Shown here piece after piece: positions 10,723-19,509 of a stretch of DNA of 64,000 bases. Under the pieces are notes generated by a model, which did not search any database, was not told the origin of the DNA, and worked only from the letters and a program-made list of their open reading frames with translations. The translations under genes and the position numbers were made by a program. Location: NCBI GenBank assembly GCA_022821585.1, contig JAJEDI010000091.1:49547-113546 (forward strand), in the 5' to 3' direction. The number at the start of each line of letters is the position of its first letter. The first letter of the stretch is position 1. The stretch comes from Caldilineaceae bacterium (GTDB lineage: Bacteria; Chloroflexota; Anaerolineae; Caldilineales; Caldilineaceae).

Positions 10723-11868
10723 TCAGACGATCGAATACGGGTCGGCCGCATCACGCAGACCGTCGCCCAGAAAGTTGAATCCCAGCACGGCCACGATTAT
10801 GAAAATAACTGGCGTCATGATCCAGGTATGTGTGCCGAGCGTCTGCAAGTTCTGTGCGTCGCGCATCAGGAATCCCCAGCTCACGAGAGGTTCCTGAATT
10901 CCGATGCCCAAAAAGCTGAGGAACGCCTCAGCCAATATGATTTGAGGGATTGTTAGGGTGAGGACGACGATTATATGGCTGATGGAGTTGGGGAAGAGGT
11001 GCAGAAAGATGATGCGAGCGTCGGACGCGCCCATCTCTTTGGCGGCCAGAATGAAGTCGGTCTCGCGGAAAGCCAGCACTTTACCCCGCACTTCGCGCGC
11101 GAGCAGTGTCCATGATAGCAGCGAAAAGATGATAACCATGATGATAAAGACCTGCAGCGAATCCCACGTTCTCGGAATGATTGCGGCCAGGGCCAGCCAG
11201 AGTGGGAGCTGAGGGAACGAGGCAACAAACTCCACAAACCGCTGAATGACGTTGTCGATCACGCCGCCATAGTAGCCGGATACGATGCCTACGACGGCGC
11301 CGACTACTATGCTGACAATGGTCGCGAACAGGCTGAGCGACAGTGAGATGCGGCCCGCGGTGCAAGCCCGGCCCCAGAGGTCTCTGCCCTGCTTCTCAGT
11401 ACCCAGCAGGTGAATCTTTCCCCCCTCGGCCACACCGAAGAGATGATAGCGCGTGGAGATCAGGCCTAAGATCTTCCACTCCCAGCTCTTCACAAAGAAC
11501 TGAATGTCATAACGTTGTTCGGGGTCCTCTTCCCAGAGAGGCTCAAAAGTCTTGGGATTGATGGTCACGACCTGATTGTAGACAAAAGGACGAAGGTGAA
11601 GCTTGCCATCCGCGTCAATAAGGCGGATCTTGGTTGGGGGAATAAAGCTGTCCTGTAGATTTGCGTCGGTTGGGTCGACCGGGGCAAAGAATTCGGCGAA
11701 GATGGCCAGAATAATAAGCGAAAGTACCATGAGCCCGCCGGCGATGGCGGGACGGCTCTTTCTGAACCGCTGCCAGACGAGCTGGAAGTAGGACTCGTGT
11801 TGCTCTTCGTCCTGGCCGTCCGAAAAAAGTCCGGTCACGGATCCCAATTCATTTTGCGAAGTCGCCAT
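10723..11868 (-). CDS. Opp/Dpp-family ABC transporter permease (OppC/DppC type)
   Basis: 381 aa and polytopic, with the OppC-type N-terminal domain ([23 protein letters not shown]) and a BPD_transp_1 core ([22 protein letters not shown]). Confidence 0.9.
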   Translation of the reverse strand: MATSQNELGSVTGLFSDGQDEEQHESYFQLVWQRFRKSRPAIAGGLMVLSLIILAIFAEFFAPVDPTDANLQDSFIPPTKIRLIDADGKLHLRPFVYNQVVTINPKTFEPLWEEDPEQRYDIQFFVKSWEWKILGLISTRYHLFGVAEGGKIHLLGTEKQGRDLWGRACTAGRISLSLSLFATIVSIVVGAVVGIVSGYYGGVIDNVIQRFVEFVASFPQLPLWLALAAIIPRTWDSLQVFIIMVIIFSLLSWTLLAREVRGKVLAFRETDFILAAKEMGASDARIIFLHLFPNSISHIIVVLTLTIPQIILAEAFLSFLGIGIQEPLVSWGFLMRDAQNLQTLGTHTWIMTPVIFIIVAVLGFNFLGDGLRDAADPYSIV

Positions 11869-12005
11869 ATTCAGGTCAACGCAAACTCAAGTTAGTGCAA
11901 GAAACTGCAGGACATTTAGCCGGCAGGTTGAAATCGGCCCGACTGTGAAAGTGTTCTTGTCCACAAAAGAACCTCTTAACGTCATTGGCTTGTCTTCTAG
12001 TCTCG

Positions 12006-13034
12006 CTACGAAAACCGCACCCGCGGATCCAGTACTACCAGGGCAATATCGGCGATCAGATTGCCCGCCACCAGCAGGACGCCGTAAATCAGCAGGCAGC
12101 TCGCAGAGATGTAGATGTCCTCATTGCGAAGAGAAGTCAGAAGCAAGGTACCTATCGTCGGCAGACCCATTACGATTGAGGCCTGCAGTTCCCCCTGCAG
12201 CATATATGGAAGAGAAGTCCCCTGGTACATGATGATCGGGTGCAGGGCATTCGGCACCGCGTGTCGGCGCATGACCTGGCCTTCGGTCAGCCCTTTGGAA
12301 CGAGCGGTCGTAACATACTGTGCGTTCAGCTCGTCCAGCATATTGCCTCGCATGACGCGCATATTGCGGGCCACGCCGCCTAACCCGGCGATTACCACCA
12401 CAGGCCAGATATGTTGGAGCAAGTCCAACAGTTTTGCCCAAGTCCGACTGATCTCTTCCAGGCTGCCGAATGCCCATGGCACCACCACGAATTGTGGGGA
12501 ATGAAATGCCGTCACATGCTCTTGTTCCAATGTAAAAACCAGAAAGAACATGATCGCCAGTGCAATCCAGAATCGCGGCAATGCGGACAGAACGAAGGCG
12601 GCGAAAGCGGCCAAGTTGTCCGCCAGCGAATACTGCCGCGGTGCAACCAGGATGCCAACAACGATCCCAACTACGGTCGAAGTCAGATGTGCCAGAACCG
12701 CCAGCAACAACGTGCGCGGAAACCGCTCCGCGATCAGTTCACCCACGTCCCGCTTGTAAGCGAAAGAGAAGCCGAAGCTCCCCTTCGTCACCATGTCCCG
12801 TATCCAAACAAGGAACTGCAGCGGCAACGGCTTATCCAAGCCGTATCGTTGGCGAAACAGCTCGGCCTGCGCCTCTGCTTCCGATTCGGTTGCGCCGCCT
12901 TGCTCGATGAGAAACGACTTGTAGCCGTCAGCATAGTCACCTGGCGGCAACTGAATCACAATGAAGCTGACCAGGGCGATGCCAAGGACGACTGCAATAG
13001 AAACGCCAACGCGGCGAGCGATGTAGCCTATCAT
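12006..13034 (-). CDS. Opp/Dpp-family ABC transporter permease (OppB/DppB type)
   Basis: Internal ATG of ORF 12006..13109 gives the canonical start MIGYIARRVGVSIAVVLGIALVSFIVIQLPPGD. The core contains TARSKGLTEGQVMRRHAVPNAL. Confidence 0.9.
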   Translation of the reverse strand: MIGYIARRVGVSIAVVLGIALVSFIVIQLPPGDYADGYKSFLIEQGGATESEAEAQAELFRQRYGLDKPLPLQFLVWIRDMVTKGSFGFSFAYKRDVGELIAERFPRTLLLAVLAHLTSTVVGIVVGILVAPRQYSLADNLAAFAAFVLSALPRFWIALAIMFFLVFTLEQEHVTAFHSPQFVVVPWAFGSLEEISRTWAKLLDLLQHIWPVVVIAGLGGVARNMRVMRGNMLDELNAQYVTTARSKGLTEGQVMRRHAVPNALHPIIMYQGTSLPYMLQGELQASIVMGLPTIGTLLLTSLRNEDIYISASCLLIYGVLLVAGNLIADIALVVLDPRVRFS

Positions 13035-13141
13035 CAGATGAAAACAAGAAAACAGTCTGGAAATCTTGCACAGAGAGTGTGAAGAAAGAGGAGTGAGATT
13101 CCCTCTCACTCCTCTTTCAACTTATCTCTCTACTTGGAAAT

Positions 13142-15322
13142 CTATTCGCTATCGTATGTCGGAATTACACCCGGGCGAAGTTGCTCAATCTGTTCCTCCG
13201 GGGCAACCCAGACCTGCTCGGCCATCACGTTGTCCCAGGTCCACTGGTACATGAACACGGGCATCCCCGCCGGCACGTTGTTGAAGCGCTTTGCGGCTGC
13301 GAGCCCGTAGCGGCCGACAAATACACCGACAAAGTAAACGTTTTCGGTCACGATGCGGTTGTATTCGGCCATCTGCTGTATGCGCACTTCCGTATCCGGT
13401 TCGGCGCAGAAGGCAGTGACTATATCGATCAGATCCTGCTCGAAGTCGAGAAGCTGACGCGGTTCTGCGCCTTCACGATGGAAGCTATATTCCTTTGTAA
13501 CAGGTCCGAGGTCGGTGCAGCGGGTGAATGGAACAGCATAGACTTGACTGTCGCGATCAACCCTCAACTCCCATTCGCCGGCCTCGATCAGCTCTCGGCG
13601 GGCTGCGCTGTTAAGCGGGCGAACGTTGACCTGTACGCCAAGGTCGCCAAGCAGAGTCACTGCAGCGTCACCAACGGTCTGCGTCTCTTCGGCATCTTCG
13701 CTAGTAATGAGCGCCACGACGAGGTTTTCGCCGCTGGCCAGCCGATCGGTCGGCCAGTTCAGAATGCCGTCACCATCCGTGTCCTCGAATCCCAAGTCGG
13801 CAAGCAGTGCAGCAGAAGCTTCCGGCCTGTTGTTGAAATAGGCCACCGTACTGCGGTCGAAATAGGAAGACCCGGGGAACAGCCCACCGGCCCAACCGCG
13901 CAGGAACGGTCCGCGCAGGATGGACTGCGAGATTCCCTCTCGGTCCATGGCAAAGCTGACGGCCTTGCGGAACCGCACGTCACGGAACAGTTCGCGTAGG
14001 GCAGCGTCCCGGTCATCCTTCACACCCAGAGAAGCGGAAAGGTTCAGTTTGATGCTGAAGCCAAGCGTCTCCGGGCCCCATTCGACGTAGAAGTGGGCAT
14101 CATCCTCTTCGGCCCGCTTCAGGGTTTCGATAAAGGTACTGGGATTTTCCAGATTGGAGTGATCCGCAGTTCCAGCCAACGTACTCAGAGTGCGGCCTAC
14201 GCCCGATGGCCCTTTTTCGAATACGACCTCGTCCAGATAGGGCAACTGGTTCCCCGCTTCGTCCACGCCCCAGAAGTAGGGGTTTCTACGCAGAATCATC
14301 AGTTCGTCGGTAATGTACTCTACCGGGACGAACGGGCCCAGGACGACGGGAATCTGGTTAGGCGGCATCGAAGCCTCGAAGTCAACATAGTCCATATCAC
14401 TGTTGTACTTCGGATGGAGTGGCTTCAGGTAATGGGCAGGTGAAATGTGAAAGTCGCTCTCGTCCATCTGGAATAGGGACTGGACTGGGAAGGGTACCGG
14501 GAAGACGAACTTGAATGTGTAGTCGTCGATCACTTCAAGCTGCGTCAATTCGCCGTTAAACGTCCACGCTGACGCGCCCTTCGGTGACTGCACATTGGAG
14601 TCGATTATCATATCTTCCCACGTAAACAGGATATCCTCAGTAGTTAGCGGATGGCCGTCCGACCACCTTGCTCCTTCGAGCAGATTCATGGTCAGCTCGT
14701 GGCCGTCTTCGCTCCATTCCCAGCTCTTGGCCACGAATGGAAGCGGCTCCAGCGAATCGGAGCGTCGGAAGATCGGGCCTGATTTGAGCAGGGAAGCGAA
14801 AGCAGCCGCCTCAATCCCAAACCAGCCTGCACTCTGCCCGGCACCGCGGTTGAAGCCTTCGGTCGGGCAGGCCGAGAAGTCGCGCCAGACACCGCCATAG
14901 ACGCCGATTCCTTCGGCCATGCCGGTCGCGAGCACGACACGCGGTTCAACTGGAAGACGCTCTTCCACCGGCGGTAACTCACCCGCGGCGACAAGCTCGT
15001 TGATCCAGTCCGGTTCATTGTAAGAATCCAGCGCCTTGTAAGTGACAATTTGGTCAAGCGGCAGCTTTTGGACCGGTCGGCTGCCCACGATCAGCTGGGG
15101 CTCCGGATACTCGCTGGGAGAGAGATCGACCTCCATCATCTCTTCTTTTGCTTCACTGTCTTCAGCTTTCGCCTCGTCGGCAGCAGGAGCTGCCTCTTCC
15201 TGGGACGTGTCCGCAGCCGCCGGTTCCGGCTCATCGCCGCCGCCACAGGCAGTGATGATCATGGAGAACACGATCAGTAGAGACAGCACCATTGAAATCG
15301 ACTTCCTTCTTTTCAGTGACAT
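13142..15322 (-). CDS. ABC transporter substrate-binding lipoprotein, family 5 (Opp/Dpp/Nik-like), large 726-aa form
   Basis: Signal peptide plus lipobox (LIVFSMIITAC), then an acidic low-complexity linker (DEPEPAAADTSQEEAAPAADEAKAEDSEAKEE), then an SBP_bac_5-like body. Confidence 0.9.
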   Translation of the reverse strand: MSLKRRKSISMVLSLLIVFSMIITACGGGDEPEPAAADTSQEEAAPAADEAKAEDSEAKEEMMEVDLSPSEYPEPQLIVGSRPVQKLPLDQIVTYKALDSYNEPDWINELVAAGELPPVEERLPVEPRVVLATGMAEGIGVYGGVWRDFSACPTEGFNRGAGQSAGWFGIEAAAFASLLKSGPIFRRSDSLEPLPFVAKSWEWSEDGHELTMNLLEGARWSDGHPLTTEDILFTWEDMIIDSNVQSPKGASAWTFNGELTQLEVIDDYTFKFVFPVPFPVQSLFQMDESDFHISPAHYLKPLHPKYNSDMDYVDFEASMPPNQIPVVLGPFVPVEYITDELMILRRNPYFWGVDEAGNQLPYLDEVVFEKGPSGVGRTLSTLAGTADHSNLENPSTFIETLKRAEEDDAHFYVEWGPETLGFSIKLNLSASLGVKDDRDAALRELFRDVRFRKAVSFAMDREGISQSILRGPFLRGWAGGLFPGSSYFDRSTVAYFNNRPEASAALLADLGFEDTDGDGILNWPTDRLASGENLVVALITSEDAEETQTVGDAAVTLLGDLGVQVNVRPLNSAARRELIEAGEWELRVDRDSQVYAVPFTRCTDLGPVTKEYSFHREGAEPRQLLDFEQDLIDIVTAFCAEPDTEVRIQQMAEYNRIVTENVYFVGVFVGRYGLAAAKRFNNVPAGMPVFMYQWTWDNVMAEQVWVAPEEQIEQLRPGVIPTYDSE

Positions 15323-15491
15323 TCACGTTCCTCCTCAAAGGATGGTTATGGAAGGTTTTCTTGCCGTGTACCCCAAAAAGGCGCACTGCAATAGTAAGAA
15401 TGATCTTTCGATCACTAGAGAGCAGATCGGCCCGGTCGTTTTCCGGAAATAGCGAATCGGCGAGTGAGAGATTCTCATTCGTGACACGGTG

Positions 15492-16538
15492 TCAGTCATG
15501 CAACCAGCAGGCCGCAGAATGGCCCGGCTCGTGTTCCTTGAACTCGGGAGACTGCTCCCAGCAGATCTGCATCGCTTCAGGACAGCGTTCGGCGAATGCA
15601 CATCCTCGTATGTCATCCATTGGGCTTGGCACCATTCCCGTAATTGGCACCAGGCGATTGTTCTCTTTCCGCCCCAGTACCGGCACCGAGTTGAGCAATC
15701 CTATCGTATAAGGATGCTTCGGCCTATGAAAAATGTCGTATACAGGTGCGTACTCTACAACACGCCCCATGTACATTACCGCCACATGGTCCGCCATTTG
15801 CGATACGACGCCCAGGTTATGGGTGATCAGCACGATCGCAGAATCGAAGTCATCCTGCAGTTCCCGCATCAGATCCAGGATCTGCGCTTGTACTGTCACG
15901 TCCAGCGCGGTGGTCGGTTCATCAGCAATCAAGATTGATGGATTGCAGCTCAGTGCCAGTGCGATCATGACGCGCTGCCGCATGCCGCCGCTAAGCTGAT
16001 GCGGGTATTCGCTGACGCGCCGGTCGGGATCAGCGATGTGTACCCTATTCAACATCTCTTCGGCACGTTCCATCGCTGCCGGCCGCGACATGTTCTGGTG
16101 CAACAGTACCGACTCTGAAATCTGCCGTCCGACAGGATGAAGCGGATTCAGGGATGTCATTGGCTCCTGAAAGATCATGGCGATTTCGGCGCCGCGGATG
16201 TCGCGCAGCTGGCGGCTGCGAGGATCCAGTTTGACAATATCGACCGTTGCTCCGTCTTTGCGGTGAAGAAGAATCTCCCCTTCTACGATCTTTCCCGGGG
16301 GGGACTGAATGAGCCGCATTACCGAACGAAAGGTAACGCTCTTCCCGCAACCGCTCTCTCCGACAACGCCCAGGGTCTTTCGGCGCCCGACTGCGACATC
16401 TACGCCATCAACCGCCTTCACCACACCCCGCTCGAGAAAGAAGTAGGTCTTCAAGCCTCGAATTTCGAGGATCGTGTCGTTCGCGCCACTATTCTCATTC
16501 GTCGCCGCACGCGCCAGCGCCTGCTGACTAAGAGTCAT
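15492..16538 (-). CDS. Opp/Dpp-family ABC transporter ATP-binding protein (OppD/DppD type)
   Basis: Internal ATG of ORF 15492..16670 (MTLSQQALARA..ILEIRGLKTYF). Walker A GESGCGKSV, signature LSGGMRQRV, Walker B ILIADEPTTALD, and C-terminal GCAFAERC. Confidence 0.85.
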   Translation of the reverse strand: MTLSQQALARAATNENSGANDTILEIRGLKTYFFLERGVVKAVDGVDVAVGRRKTLGVVGESGCGKSVTFRSVMRLIQSPPGKIVEGEILLHRKDGATVDIVKLDPRSRQLRDIRGAEIAMIFQEPMTSLNPLHPVGRQISESVLLHQNMSRPAAMERAEEMLNRVHIADPDRRVSEYPHQLSGGMRQRVMIALALSCNPSILIADEPTTALDVTVQAQILDLMRELQDDFDSAIVLITHNLGVVSQMADHVAVMYMGRVVEYAPVYDIFHRPKHPYTIGLLNSVPVLGRKENNRLVPITGMVPSPMDDIRGCAFAERCPEAMQICWEQSPEFKEHEPGHSAACWLHD

Positions 16539-16721
16539 AGAAATGCTCTTGCCTACTGGCATAAGGCCAGGGGCAATACAGTGAGAGTGATTCGCGAGTG
16601 AGGCAGGTCCGGCCCGAGTCAGAAACGAATGGGGGGAGGTTTCGCCTTGCTGCCAGATGAAACCGAGCACGACACGCCGACCAGACGGCTTCAGCCGCGT
16701 ACTCAGGCTGAAAGCGGGGAA

Positions 16722-16750
16722 ATTGTAGCGATTTCAGCAAGTCTTGTCAA
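16722..16750 (-). promoter_or_regulatory. near-consensus sigma70-type promoter for the Opp-like operon
   Basis: Minus strand reads TTGACA-17 nt-TACAAT (-35 at 16745-16750, -10 at 16722-16727), about 175 nt upstream of the first ATPase start at 16538. Confidence 0.5.
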
Positions 16751-17281
16751 TTTCGGTAGCCTGCGAATCGCATCCCGATAGACAATCTGAATCAGTTAGC
16801 CGCAGTGACTCTTGAATGCATTCTAACTGAACAGTTCTTATTCTGTGCGTTTGGAAGGATGTTCTCGACTTGGCGACCTCGGTGCCGCGCATGATTGGAG
16901 GATCTGGTGAGAAGATGAGAGGAGCAGTGGGACGAGAGAGCGAGGAAGAGTAAAGAAATGCTGAAGCGAGATATCGCCAACTCATGCAGTGACGCCTGCT
17001 GTTTGGCCGAAAAGCTGTAGCCATGGCGGCCCGTAATCGGCTATTCATCTCCAGCGATGACCTGGCAATCATCGTCGCCGAGGGGGGAGATTACAGTGGG
17101 TCTTCAGTCCTGCGGGAGAGTCCACCTAGGCCCTGAAGCGGCCTTCCGATCTCCCGATTCTAGGGAAACTCTCGTGAAATGGCCTATAGGCAACACTGTG
17201 TTTAGCAGAGCGCTGCATCGGCTCCAGCAGAGGTCAGGAACCAACGGAAAATGGCTGACTCTCCTACTCTCAGGATTTGCT

Positions 17282-18280
17282 TCAGTAGGCTTCCGGTCCT
17301 TGAAGCGATTTGCTGCGCCACCATATGTTAGGGAGCCGCCTCAGTTTGCCCCAGACATTTATGTGGGCACGGCGGGAAAAGACATCATAGTCGTGTGCCT
17401 CAATGTCAGCGAGAATGGCTCGGTAGAGTTCGGCAGCTGCACCAATGGCGAAGCGGCCGTCCGCGTGCAGAAGCCCTATGCCCGGCCACGCCTCTTCGTA
17501 GAGTTGACGCGTTCGTCCAATCTGAAAACGCATGAAGGCACGCCAGCGGTCATCAACCTTCCCAGCCGAAATGTCCACCTCATCGAGATCGAATCGACCC
17601 AGGTCCTCGAGAGGAAGATAGAGGCGCCCGTCCTCCCAGTCCTCGCCAACGTCTCTCAAGATATTTGTCAGCTGCAACGCCACGCCTAGTTTCAAGGCAT
17701 ATGGAATCGCTTCAACGCCGGAAAAGCCGATTATGTGCATGCTCATCAGCCCTACCGTTGCCGCCACACCGTAGCAGTAGCTGGTCAAGTCCGCGAACGT
17801 TTTGTAGCGTTTTTCTGTGATGTCGCGAGCAACGCCCTGGATGAGTTGCTCGGCATAGCGGGGCGGGATGCCGTACTGCCGGCGGGCGTCCGACCACGCC
17901 AAGGCAACAGGATCTTCAGTGTCAGCAGACTGCGAGAGGGAACGCGCCTTCCAAGTAGCGAGGGCGTCGCGCACTGCGTCCGGATCGCGCCTCCCAATGG
18001 GTGGTCTGTCAACTATGTCATCACTCTTGCGGCAAAAGGCATAGAGGGCACGTACTGACCGCCTCTTGTCCCGCGGGAGAAGTCGAGAGGCCGTAAAGAA
18101 GGAGCGGCTGTTTACGGCGGTGACCGCCTCGCAAAAGTCATAGGCCAGATCCAGCGTCTTCCTGTCCTCGACCTTGGGGCGTGGTTGCGGACCATAGACC
18201 TGCCCAGCTTCGTACGCAAGTGAAAGCAGTGGACGCTCCCAATCGCGAATCTTCAGAGTCATCAGAGCGCCTTTGCTCAT
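17282..18280 (-). CDS. crtB: phytoene synthase (squalene/phytoene synthase family)
   Basis: 332 aa with the two Asp-rich motifs of head-to-head trans-isoprenyl synthases ([12 protein letters not shown] and [20 protein letters not shown]). A GGGGAG SD lies upstream. The genomic context is carotenoid genes. Confidence 0.85.
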   Translation of the reverse strand: MSKGALMTLKIRDWERPLLSLAYEAGQVYGPQPRPKVEDRKTLDLAYDFCEAVTAVNSRSFFTASRLLPRDKRRSVRALYAFCRKSDDIVDRPPIGRRDPDAVRDALATWKARSLSQSADTEDPVALAWSDARRQYGIPPRYAEQLIQGVARDITEKRYKTFADLTSYCYGVAATVGLMSMHIIGFSGVEAIPYALKLGVALQLTNILRDVGEDWEDGRLYLPLEDLGRFDLDEVDISAGKVDDRWRAFMRFQIGRTRQLYEEAWPGIGLLHADGRFAIGAAAELYRAILADIEAHDYDVFSRRAHINVWGKLRRLPNIWWRSKSLQGPEAY

Positions 18281-18330
18281 CTATTCTCCCCTTCAACGAC
18301 TCTTCCGTAAATCACGGCTTCTGCAGTTCC

Positions 18331-18359
18331 AAAATACTTCATTCGGTGCGTTGCGTCAA
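18331..18359 (-). promoter_or_regulatory. candidate crtB promoter
   Basis: Minus strand reads TTGACG-17 nt-TATTTT, about 45-50 nt upstream of the crtB ATG at 18280. Confidence 0.35.
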
Positions 18360-18363
18360 GGAG

Positions 18364-18381
18364 TCTCCCGAAACCGGGAGA
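18364..18381. promoter_or_regulatory. 7-4-7 inverted repeat abutting the -35 of the candidate crtB promoter (possible operator)
   Basis: TCTCCCG-AAAC-CGGGAGA begins 5 bp beyond the -35 hexamer. No U-tract follows on either strand, so it is not a terminator. Confidence 0.3.
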
Positions 18382-19399
18382 TTCCCTGCCAGAACTGCAC
18401 TGCAATACATTCGAAAGTATCGTCTAACTATGCCAAATTTTTTCGAAAACGGGTCGGTCAGTAGAATAGAATGCCATTTCTCGGCGCAAATCGCAGCCTG
18501 CTCGATTCAGTGTTTAGTTGCTGAAAGAGGAGTTGCGCCGTCAGGGAACGCAAAATGGACCTCCTATAGACGAAAGGAAAAAGGCTCTATCTGCAAATTC
18601 GCGCGCCCTTTCACTGATACAGCTTAGCATCGCGCACTGCACAGCATAGACCACAACATTTTTTTGCGCAACTCCTGCCAAGGTTAGAGCATATGTTGTT
18701 CATATTTTGTACAGCTAACAGTTTCGACCTCTTGTACTTCACAACTTTACTTGCTGAGAATTCAGAAACGGCCAGACTCTGAGCGTAGAGACAGAATCGT
18801 CTCACCCGTTCTGTGAGCCACTTCCCAGCGGGGTAGGCTAGTCTCATGAATTAGAGTCAGTCAGGTTTCCCGAACTGGGGGTTGCAGCTAGCGAATAGTG
18901 ATTTGGCGGTCAAATCCGTGCAAAGGCAAAGGAGAGCCTCTTTTGGGTGAGTAGGTGGTTGCAAACTGCCGAGTGATGACCTTTCCCCAGACTACCGAGT
19001 GATTCGAATACCTGGCAATGCGCTTTGTAGAAGACACGGCTTTGAGGCGAGACATTTTTTCTCTGTCTGTTCTCCGAGTCAATGAGCAGACGTACAAGGT
19101 TGCTTCGACGAGACATCTGTGACATGGTCAGCCTTCCCGAAAGCCCAGGAGGTCCCGAATCAGACTGCCACCACCCAACGGAACCTGGGAAATACGCCCA
19201 TAGACAGAAGTTGGCAAAGTAGGCTATCATTGAGTTGAACCTCTTTGTTTTGTTGCCTCGGTCTTTTCGGTCGTTTAGGAAGTCCCAGACATTCGAACTG
19301 GGGGACCTTTACCGCGGCTTTCTGCCTAAAGGCTGCCCCAGTTGCCTTCTCCCCTACCAGCATGTCCCATGGCGATCAGTATTCAAGTCACTTGCTAGT

Positions 19400-19428
19400 T
19401 TGTAAGTTGGGAAAAAAGTGCGTAGTAT
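19400..19428 (+). promoter_or_regulatory. candidate promoter of the MerR/B12 regulator-carotenoid operon
   Basis: TTGTAA-17 nt-TAGTAT, about 70 nt upstream of the ATG at 19501. Confidence 0.45.
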
Positions 19429-19472
19429 ATCATAGTTTTCTCGTCAGACTCCGCGTTGGCAAGGGACGCGGC

Positions 19473-19509
19473 GTACACGTACGAAGGAGTACTTGTACAA
19501 ATGAGTACT
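19473..19509 (+). repeat. GTAC-cored tandem 16-bp repeats spanning the SD and start codon of the regulator gene (candidate operator)
   Basis: GTACACGTACGAAGGA / GTACTTGTACAAATGA / GTAC.. The first two units share 12 of 16 positions. Five GTAC cores fall within 37 bp at spacings of 6, 10, 6 and 10. The region includes AGTACT-N10-AGTACT and a central TGTACA. Confidence 0.4.

Noticed and set aside
16958-17020. A 20-codon Cys-rich mini-ORF (MLKRDIANSCSDACCLAEKL) that could be imagined as a RiPP precursor.
   Set aside because: No modifying enzyme, protease or exporter genes are adjacent, the SD spacing is poor, and the ORF is short enough to occur by chance.
18910-19230. A 106-aa minus-strand ORF (with neighbours 18611..18847 and 19160..19363) as real genes in the crtB-regulator spacer.
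   Set aside because: They have no SD, implausible amino-acid composition and no recognisable motif. They overlap one another in different frames, and the region is AT-shifted in a way that looks non-coding.
18871-19304. The direct repeats CGAACTGGGGG (18871 and 19294) as possible ends of a mobile element or a CRISPR-like array.
   Set aside because: There are only two copies, 423 bp apart. There is no transposase, no terminal inverted repeats or target-site duplication pattern, and no regular spacing. They are noted only as part of the unusual spacer.
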